Shown piece after piece: positions 9,407 to 19,055 of a stretch of 24,000 bases of DNA (position 1 is the stretch's first letter; each line of letters starts with the position of its first letter). The stretch is from Vibrio sp. STUT-A11 (lineage in GTDB: Bacteria; Pseudomonadota; Gammaproteobacteria; Enterobacterales; Vibrionaceae). The position numbers and the translations under genes were made by a program. The stretch is taken from positions 424,336 to 448,335 of the forward strand of contig NZ_AP026764.1 of the NCBI RefSeq assembly GCF_026000435.1, given 5' to 3'. The notes under the pieces were generated by a model, which made no database searches, was not told where the DNA came from, and saw only the letters and a list, made by a program, of their open reading frames with translations.

Positions 9407-10366
9407 TTAATAACCAAGGTCTTTTTTCATTTCGAGCTGTGACTGTGCGTCTTTAGGTAAATAAAGCTTTGACTCTGTCACTATTTTCTTCGGTGGTGTT
9501 GCTCCGTCTTTCTTATAAGCAATCAGTGCATCAAGTGCTGGACCTGCCATATTGGGCGTCAGTTCAACGGTCGCGTTCGCCTCACCATTAATCATGGCTT
9601 TAAATATATCTGGCACAGCATCAATAGAGACAACCAGAATATCTTCACCTGGTGTTAATCCAGCTTCTTTAATTGCCTGAATCGCGCCAATTGCCATATC
9701 GTCATTGTGAGAGAATACTGCGCAGATACTTTTTCCGCCATTTTCAGCTTTAATAAAACTTTCCATGACTTCTTTGCCTTTACTACGGGTAAACTCACCA
9801 GACTGGGTACGCACAATATTGACATTATCGGCTTGGCTAATAGCGTCGTTAAAGCCTTGTTTACGATCAATAGCCACACTGGCACCAACCGTCCCTTGCA
9901 ACTCGACCACGTTACAAGATTTATCTTTGACTGTATTAAGGAGCCACTCACCCGCAACTTTACCTTCCAGGACGTTATCAGCGGTCACCGCTGTCATGTA
10001 AAGTGAATCATCATCGACGGTGATACCACGGTCTAGAAGAAAGACAGGAATATCATAGTCTTTAGCCTCTTCAAGCACCGGGCCCCAACCCGTTTGCACC
10101 ACAGGGGCAATAAAGATCGCATCCACTCCTTGAGCAATAAAAGAGCGGACGGCTTTGATTTGATTTTCTTGTTTTTGCTGGGCATCAGAAATCTTTAGGG
10201 TAATCCCACGCTTTTCAGCCTCTACTTTAGAGACCGCCGTTTCGGCAGCGCGCCATCCTGATTCTGAACCAATTTGGGAAAAGCCTACTGTAAGAGTGTT
10301 AGCAAATATTGACGCAGACATACATAGACTACCGATCGCAGTCGCCAAGGTAAGTTTTTTTAGCAT
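9407..10366 (-). CDS. ytfQ: Periplasmic galactofuranose-binding protein YtfQ
   Basis: 319-aa ORF with a signal peptide. LTVGFSQIGSESGWRAAETAVSKVEAEKRGITLKISDAQQKQENQIKAVRSFIAQGVDAIFIAPVV and CNVVELQGTVGASVAIDRKQGF are near-identical to E. coli YtfQ as I recall it. Confidence 0.9.
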   Translation of the reverse strand: MLKKLTLATAIGSLCMSASIFANTLTVGFSQIGSESGWRAAETAVSKVEAEKRGITLKISDAQQKQENQIKAVRSFIAQGVDAIFIAPVVQTGWGPVLEEAKDYDIPVFLLDRGITVDDDSLYMTAVTADNVLEGKVAGEWLLNTVKDKSCNVVELQGTVGASVAIDRKQGFNDAISQADNVNIVRTQSGEFTRSKGKEVMESFIKAENGGKSICAVFSHNDDMAIGAIQAIKEAGLTPGEDILVVSIDAVPDIFKAMINGEANATVELTPNMAGPALDALIAYKKDGATPPKKIVTESKLYLPKDAQSQLEMKKDLGY

Positions 10367-10682
10367 AATCGTTCTCTATCTATTTATTTTATCGTTTCAC
10401 ATTTAGGTATTGGTAAGATATTGCATTTGCGTGCATTTTTTATGCTAAATGAGGATAGGTAACAGATTTTTCAGCCGATTAGATCTTGGTCACAGCGGAA
10501 GTTAGATAGCTGTAAAGTCCATTATAGTAGCAATTTAATACATATTTTAGCTTTTATTAATATTACTTTTATAACTCATAGTAAATAAAAGAAATTTTTA
10601 AATGTAAACGTAAGAAATTGACCCTTTAAACAAGAGTAATGCAGATCAATTAAGAAACTTTCTAGGGCCGTTTCCGATCTTG

Positions 10683-10720
10683 AAAAAGCAAAAAACCCGC
10701 ATTCAAACCGGAATGCGGGT
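10683..10720 (-). terminator. Strong Rho-independent terminator of the truncated OMP gene
   Basis: 10-bp stem: ACCCGCATTC (10695-10704) pairs with GAATGCGGGT (10711-10720). On the minus strand it is followed by TTTTTGCTTTTT (complement of 10683-10694). Confidence 0.7.
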
Positions 10721-10765
10721 GGCTTTAAGAGAGGTAAAGCAGTGGATTAGTAATGGAACTAAAAA

Positions 10766-10927
10766 TTAGAACGAGTATTTAGCTACAAACTTAAGGCCGT
10801 AACCGTCTTTCTTCTCGTTACCTTCCTGTTCTACAGAGCCAGTTTGAACGACAAAGTCTGTTTTGAATGAGTCAGTGACATCGTAGCCAAGACCTAGGTA
10901 TGCAGTTTGCGCTTCTACATTCGTACC
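10766..10927 (-). pseudogene. 3' fragment (53 codons + stop) of an outer-membrane beta-barrel/porin-like gene, cut by a transposon end
   Basis: Manual minus-strand translation: GTNVEAQTAYLGLGYDVTDSFKTDFVVQTGSVEQEGNEKKDGYGLKFVAKYSF*. It has alternating beta-strand character and the aromatic C-terminal F typical of OMPs. The frame stays open up to 10927 and stops being gene-like at the IR (10928). Its own terminator lies downstream. Confidence 0.5.
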
Positions 10928-10965
10928 GGGGTGTGAAGCCCAACGGTACGGTTTCGTACGTTAAG
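10928..10965 (+). repeat. Tn3-family 38-bp terminal inverted repeat (outer end at 10928)
   Basis: GGGGTGTGAAGCCCAACGGTACGGTTTCGTACGTTAAG is exactly 38 bp with the GGGG...ACGYTAAG architecture. From memory it resembles Tn3/Tn1000-type ends (GGGGTTTGAGGGCCAATGGAACGAAAACGTACGTT...). Confidence 0.7.
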
Positions 10966-10996
10966 CATTAAATCAAACAGTTAGAACGGTATGACG

Positions 10997-11034
10997 CTTA
11001 GGTAGACCCTACGATCACTGGTAAAAACCACCCC
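10997..11034 (-). repeat. Second 38-bp Tn3-family-like terminus in the opposite orientation
   Basis: The complement reads GGGGTGGTTTTTACCAGTGATCGTAGGGTCTACCTAAG. It is again exactly 38 bp and shares GGGTG at the outer end and TAAG at the inner end with 10928-10965, but the internal sequence is unrelated. Confidence 0.4.
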
Positions 11035-11121
11035 AAAATCAGGATATGACATAACCTATGTGTCACTACTGGCTGTGTCATGACTTAAATGACATGCTTG
11101 TTTTTTGTTAGCGTATGGAAT

Positions 11122-11133
11122 GGACTTCCTCCC
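11122..11133 (+). repeat. Left subterminal inverted repeat of the IS110-family element
   Basis: GGACTTCCTCCC is the exact reverse complement of 12437-12448. Confidence 0.7.
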
Positions 11134-11192
11134 TATCACTCAGCCGTTAGTTCTGAGATGATAAATTCACCATTTCATACGGAGATAACAAC

Positions 11193-12167
11193 ATGGCTGT
11201 GACTGTATTAGGTATCGACCTAGCAAAAAATGTGTTCGCATTGCATGGTGTTGACCACAAAGGCAATACCATTTTATGCAAACCCAAAGTAAGTCGGGCC
11301 AAGCTGTTAGAAACGGTAGCCAATATGCCACCGTGTCTGATTGGAATGGAAGCATGTAGCAGCGCTCATTTTTGGGCCCGATTATTCAAAAATGTCGGCC
11401 ACGAAGTTCGCCTCATCGCTCCTAAGTTTGTCTCTCCTTATCGACTGTCTGGCAAAGCAGGGAAAAATGATGCTGCTGATGCTCAATCTATCTGTGAAGC
11501 AGTTCAACGTCCTCATATGCGATTTGTTAGCATCAAGTCAGAAGAGCAGCAATCGATTCAATGTTTGCACCGAGCTAGGCAGGGCCTAAATGAAGAAAGG
11601 ACGGCAGTATGCAACCGCATTCGTGGTTTGCTCGCTGAGTTTGGTGTGATTGCTCCTTTATCACCGGAGCGATTGCGTAACGAGTTCGAGAGCATGAAGG
11701 TTCACCTTCCAACCTTAGCCGCAACTTGCATGGATGAATTATTTCTTCATATAGACAACATTGAGCGCAGGCTTTTAAAGTTCGACCGACTGATTAAAGA
11801 GACGGCAGAGCAAGATGAACGATGCCGACTATTGATGCAACTAAAGGGGGTTGGACCTATGACAGCCAGTGCTCTAGTATCAGCGATCTCTGACGGAAAA
11901 GAGTTTCGTAATGGCCGTCAATTGGCGGCCTGGTTGGGTTTAACGCCTTCTCAATACAGCAGCGGAGGGAAACCAAAATTAGGGCGAATTACTAAAGCTG
12001 GTGACAACTATATTCGTAGTCTGCTTGTGCAGGGGGCGCGTTCAATGATGGCTAGCGCCGGACGAAAAGACGATCCGCTCAGTAAGTGGGTCTGTGATGT
12101 CAAAGATCGCCGTGGTTACTGGCGAGCCGCTATTGCTTTAGCTGCAAAAAATGCACGACACTGTTGA
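11193..12167 (+). CDS. IS110-family transposase/recombinase (DEDD RuvC-like N-domain plus C-terminal serine Tnp domain)
   Basis: 324-aa ORF with GGAG 9 nt upstream. N-terminal motifs are LGIDLAKNVF, GMEACSSAHFW and KNDAADAQSI. C-terminal motifs are LKGVGPMTASALV and GLTPSQYSSGGKPKLGRITKAGDNYIRSLL. Confidence 0.9.
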   Translation: MAVTVLGIDLAKNVFALHGVDHKGNTILCKPKVSRAKLLETVANMPPCLIGMEACSSAHFWARLFKNVGHEVRLIAPKFVSPYRLSGKAGKNDAADAQSICEAVQRPHMRFVSIKSEEQQSIQCLHRARQGLNEERTAVCNRIRGLLAEFGVIAPLSPERLRNEFESMKVHLPTLAATCMDELFLHIDNIERRLLKFDRLIKETAEQDERCRLLMQLKGVGPMTASALVSAISDGKEFRNGRQLAAWLGLTPSQYSSGGKPKLGRITKAGDNYIRSLLVQGARSMMASAGRKDDPLSKWVCDVKDRRGYWRAAIALAAKNARHC

Positions 12168-12436
12168 GCAATACTTCACTATGGTGAATCATTCGAAAAT
12201 TGTTATTCAACCTAAATAAATCTCTTACCACCAATGATGACAACGCAAATATGATAAGGGTTAAGACCCCGCAAGAGGTGCCTGAGAAAACGTTAGGATG
12301 TTAAATATCCGATTAGCGTATGAGGTTCTTGCGAGCGTCTTTCATTTTGGTCCGGAACAGAATATTCCAGTATGACCGCTTATAGTACTGCATCTTAATC
12401 TTCATTGTGATTGCGTTCAGAGCACCCATTGACATC
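12168..12436 (+). ncRNA. Candidate element-encoded guide RNA (bridge/seekRNA-like) in the 3' non-coding tail
   Basis: No ORF. TTAGCGTATG (12313-12322) equals left-junction word 11108-11117. CTTATAGTAC (12379-12388) equals right-junction word 12448-12457. A small stem-loop is possible at 12350-12377. The transcript, its ends and its fold are not established. Confidence 0.4.
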
Positions 12437-12448
12437 GGGAGGAAGTCC
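12437..12448 (+). repeat. Right subterminal inverted repeat of the IS110-family element
   Basis: GGGAGGAAGTCC is the exact reverse complement of 11122-11133. A perfect outward-facing TTGACA lies just inside at 12429-12434. Confidence 0.7.
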
Positions 12449-12484
12449 TTATAGTACAATATTTTCCGAATCGTCGTGTGACCC

Positions 12485-12732
12485 CTATGAGCCTGCTGTC
12501 ACCCTTTGACGTGGTGATATGGATGACGGATGGCTGGCCGCTGTATGAATCCCGCCTGAAGGGAAAGCTGCACGTAATCAGCAAGCGATATACGCAGCGA
12601 ATTGAGCGGCATAACCTGAATCTGAGGCAGCACCTGGCACGGCTGGGACGGAAGTCGCTGTCGCTCTCAAAATCGGTGGAGCTGCATGACAAAGTCATCG
12701 GGCATTATCTGAACATAAAACACTATCAATAA
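12485..12732 (+). pseudogene. insB: insB' C-terminal fragment of IS1 transposase
   Basis: ORF 12478-12732 encodes ...[81 protein letters not shown], which is the C-terminus of IS1 InsB. insA and the N-terminal part of insB are missing. Confidence 0.9.
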
Positions 12733-12749
12733 GTTGGAGTCATTACCCT
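12485..12749 (+). mobile_element. IS1 remnant: terminal ~265 bp including the right inverted repeat
   Basis: The sequence matches the IS1 end from memory (TATGAGCCTGCTGTCACCCTTTGACGTGGTGATATGGATGACGG ... ATAAGTTGGAGTCATTACC). The terminal IR ends at 12749. The inner breakpoint is approximate (about 12460-12485). Confidence 0.9.
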
Positions 12750-12887
12750 TTTTTCAACTTCTGATGGATGCGAGTGATTGAACTCATACATTAATGTTTT
12801 CCCACGAAGTCTTTTTTCAGGTAAGCCTTCGCACATATCGGTAAATAGCTTGCCTGCTTTTATTTTTTCTGTCATCGACATGTTCAT
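12750..12887 (-). pseudogene. lacA: lacA' : first 46 codons of galactoside O-acetyltransferase, truncated by IS1
   Basis: Manual minus-strand translation from ATG (complement of 12885-12887): MNMSMTEKIKAGKLFTDMCEGLPEKRLRGKTLMYEFNHSHPSEVEK. E. coli LacA is MNMPMTERIRAGKLFTDMCEGLPEKRLRGKTLMYEFNHSHPSEVEKRESL.... The frame abuts the IS1 IR at 12749/12750. Confidence 0.85.
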
Positions 12888-12913
12888 TTTTAACATTCCG
12901 TCCTGATAAGTTG

Positions 12914-12943
12914 GTCGGATAAGGCGATCGCGCCGTATCCGAC
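12914..12943. repeat. Enterobacterial REP-like palindrome in the lacY-lacA spacer
   Basis: GTCGGATAAGGCGATCGCGCCGTATCCGAC, in which GTCGGATA pairs with TATCCGAC and GGCG with CGCC. It occupies the position of the REP in the E. coli lacY-lacA spacer. Confidence 0.6.
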
Positions 12944-12952
12944 ATTAATTTC

Positions 12953-14251
<1,299 letters not shown>

Positions 14252-14257
14252 TTATTA

Positions 14258-17369
<3,112 letters not shown>

Positions 17370-17375
17370 TCGCAT

Positions 17376-17405
17376 AACATACGAGCCGGACACATAGAGT
17401 GTAAA
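17376..17405 (-). promoter_or_regulatory. lac promoter (-10 TATGTT at 17376-17381, -35 TTTACA at 17400-17405)
   Basis: The minus strand reads TTTACACTCTATGTGTCCGGCTCGTATGTT. Both hexamers and the 18-nt spacer length are the same as in E. coli Plac. Confidence 0.85.
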
Positions 17406-17418
17406 GCCTGGGGTGCCT

Positions 17419-17440
17419 AATGAGTGAGCTGACTCACATT
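17419..17440. promoter_or_regulatory. CRP (CAP) binding site of the lac promoter
   Basis: The minus strand reads AATGTGAGTCAGCTCACTCATT. The TGTGA and TCACT half-sites are as in E. coli, with one change in the central spacer. Confidence 0.85.
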
Positions 17441-17461
17441 AATTGCGTTGCGCTCACTGCC
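17441..17461. promoter_or_regulatory. lac operator O3
   Basis: AATTGCGTTGCGCTCACTGCC is the complement of GGCAGTGAGCGCAACGCAATT and is identical to E. coli O3. It overlaps the lacI 3' end. Confidence 0.8.
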
Positions 17462-18536
17462 CGCTTTCAAGTCGGGAAACTTGTCGTGCCAGCTGCATTA
17501 AGGAATCTGCCAACGTGCGGGGAGAGGTGGTTTGCGTATTGGGCGGTAGGGTGGTTTTTCTTTTCACCAGTGAGACGGGCAACAGCTGATTGCTCTTCAC
17601 CGCCTGGCCCTGAGAGAGTTTCAGCAAGCGGTCCACGCTAGTTTTCCCCAGCAGGCGAAAATCCTGTTTGATGGTGGTTAACGGCGGGATATAACACGAG
17701 CTGTCTTCGGTATCGTCGTATCCCACTACCGAGATATCCGCACCAACGCGCAGCCCGGACTCGGTAATAGCGCGCATTGCGCCCAGCGCCATCTGATCGT
17801 TGGCAACCAGCATCGCAGTGGGAACGATGCCCTCATTCAGCATTTGCATAGTTTGTTGAAAACCGGACATGGCACTCCAGTCGCCTTCCCGTTCCGCTAT
17901 CGGATGAATTTGATTGCGTGTGAGATATTTATGCCAGTGCGCCAGACGCAGACGCGCCGAGACAGAACTTAATGGACCGGCTAACAACGCGATTTGCTGG
18001 TGACCCAATGCGATCAGATGCTCCACGCCCAGTCGCGTACCGTCTTCATGGGAAAAAATAATACTGTTGATGGGAGTCTGGTCAGAGACATCAAGAAATA
18101 GGGCCGGAACATTAGCGCAGGCAGCTTCCACAGCAATGGCATCCTCGTCATCCAGCGGATAGTTAATGATCAGACCACTGACGCGTTGCGCGAGAAGGTT
18201 ATGTACCGCCGCTTTACAGGCTTCGACGCTGCTTCGTTCTACCATCGACACCACCACGCTGGCACCCAGTTGATCGGCGCGAGATTTAATCGCCGCGACA
18301 ATTTGCGACGGCGCGTGCAGGGCCAGACTGGAGGTAGCAACGCCAATCAGCAACGACTGTTTGCCCGCCAGTTGTTGTGCCACGCGGTTGGGAATGTAGT
18401 TCAGCTGCGCCATCGCCGCTTCCACCTTTTCCCGCGTTTTCGCAGAGACGTGGCTGGCCTGGTTCACCACGCGGGAAACGGTCTGATAAGAGACACCGGC
18501 ATACTCTGCGACATCGTATAGCGTTACTGGTTTCAC
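17454..18536 (-). CDS. lacI: Lactose operon repressor LacI
   Basis: The ORF track gives 17454-18734. I trim it to the conserved GTG start (complement of 18534-18536), giving 360 aa. VKPVTLYDVAEYAGVSYQTVSRVVNQASHVSAKTREKVEAAMAQLNYIPNRVAQQLAGKQSLLIGVATSSLALHAPSQIV... ends ...SLMQLARQVSRLESGQ, colinear with E. coli LacI. Confidence 0.95.
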   Translation of the reverse strand: MKPVTLYDVAEYAGVSYQTVSRVVNQASHVSAKTREKVEAAMAQLNYIPNRVAQQLAGKQSLLIGVATSSLALHAPSQIVAAIKSRADQLGASVVVSMVERSSVEACKAAVHNLLAQRVSGLIINYPLDDEDAIAVEAACANVPALFLDVSDQTPINSIIFSHEDGTRLGVEHLIALGHQQIALLAGPLSSVSARLRLAHWHKYLTRNQIHPIAEREGDWSAMSGFQQTMQMLNEGIVPTAMLVANDQMALGAMRAITESGLRVGADISVVGYDDTEDSSCYIPPLTTIKQDFRLLGKTSVDRLLKLSQGQAVKSNQLLPVSLVKRKTTLPPNTQTTSPRTLADSLMQLARQVSRLESGQ

Positions 18537-18570
18537 ATTTACCACCCTGAATTGACTCTCTTCGGGTGCT

Positions 18571-18599
18571 ATCATGCCATACCACGAAATGTTTTGCCC
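18571..18599 (-). promoter_or_regulatory. lacI promoter homologue
   Basis: The minus strand reads GGGGCAAAACATTTCGTGGTATGGCATGATAGC; E. coli has GCGCAAAACCTTTCGCGGTATGGCATGATAGC. The -10 CATGAT is retained (complement of 18571-18576). Confidence 0.5.
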
Positions 18600-18856
18600 C
18601 ATTATTGTTTTCACAAGGATGGTTACTATCTTGGGTTTGGTGACATTATCCCTAATAAAACTAATCCCAATGGTATCGAAAGTGATTGAGTGGTTTGGAA
18701 CTACGCTGCAAAAGTTGTGGTGTACCGACCACATGACCTAGAGTTATGTCTAATCCTTTTTATTCCTTTCTATTCGGCTATAATCAAATTTACTTCACTG
18801 AGCGAATATGTGACTATTTGACAAAACCCTCAAGCTAATAACGTTAGGTACCTTTT

Positions 18857-19054
18857 GTGACTTCAGACCGTTGGTTATCTGTTGAAGAAATTGCCGAATA
18901 TCTTGGCGTAAGCAAAGATACCGTGTACTCATGGATCAGTAAAAAGGGAATGCCAGCGCATAGAATTGGTCGGCCTTGGAAGTTTAAAGCTGATGAGGTG
19001 GATCAGTGGGTTAGGTCTGGTGGTGCATCAGATAACAGCAAGGAAGAAAAATAA
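18857..19054 (+). CDS. Small excisionase-family helix-turn-helix DNA-binding protein (HTH_17-like)
   Basis: 65-aa ORF (GTG start per the track). WLSVEEIAEYLGVSKDTVYSWISKKGMPAHRIGRPWKFKADEVDQWV is the typical excisionase/MerR-like HTH_17 pattern. Its stop is 1 nt before the hsdR ATG. Confidence 0.7.
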   Translation: MTSDRWLSVEEIAEYLGVSKDTVYSWISKKGMPAHRIGRPWKFKADEVDQWVRSGGASDNSKEEK

Positions 19055-19055
19055 T

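Larger units (their letters stand above)
11108..12457 (+). mobile_element. IS110-family insertion sequence, IS1111-like organisation (ends approximate, +/- about 10 bp)
   Basis: A single recombinase gene with a short 5' non-coding region (about 75 bp) and a long 3' non-coding region (about 290 bp). A perfect 12-bp subterminal inverted repeat is present. Boundaries are inferred from the IRs and the junction words; no flanking direct repeat is seen. Confidence 0.8.

Noticed and set aside
9655-10006. Overlapping 78-100 aa ORFs on both strands inside ytfQ
   Set aside because: They are alternative frames within a very well supported gene and have no independent signal.
10601-10618. TGTAAACG half-site resembling a GalR/LacI-family operator upstream of ytfQ
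   Set aside because: Only one half-site matches and the right arm (TAAGAAAT) is not palindromic. It lies about 240 bp from the ytfQ start, so the evidence is insufficient.
10380-10690. Long AT-rich spacer upstream of ytfQ, examined for a CRISPR leader or array, small ORFs or tandem repeats
   Set aside because: I could find no repeat-spacer periodicity, no ORF of useful length and no convincing CRP or sigma-70 pair by eye. It is most simply a promoter/UP-like AT-rich region.
11035-11107. Repeated TGTGTCA / ATGACAT words between the second 38-mer and the IS, considered as a res site or a terminator
   Set aside because: The stems are only about 5 bp and the words are too short to assign to any known recombinase site. 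They are noted under the Tn3-end finding rather than called as a feature.
12478-12732. 84-aa ORF as a possible independent small gene
   Set aside because: It is simply the C-terminal part of IS1 InsB. The apparent start codon arises at the truncation point.
18590-18600. A ...TTTTGCCCC run that could have been the outer end (CCCC) of a right-hand Tn3-type IR closing the lac block
   Set aside because: This stretch is colinear with the E. coli lacI promoter region, and the preceding 34 bp do not resemble the complement of either 38-mer at 10928-11034.
18537-18734. In-frame 66-codon upstream extension that makes the lacI ORF 426 aa in the track
   Set aside because: The conserved GTG start (VKPVTLYDV...), its position relative to the retained PlacI homologue, and the non-protein-like, AT-rich extension beyond the end of lac homology all indicate an open frame by chance.
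18966-19055. 30-codon N-terminal extension of hsdR overlapping the HTH gene
   Set aside because: ATG 19056 has a good RBS and begins the conserved HsdR N-terminus (MALNEADTCRVYVTPKL). The extension overlaps the HTH ORF in another frame.
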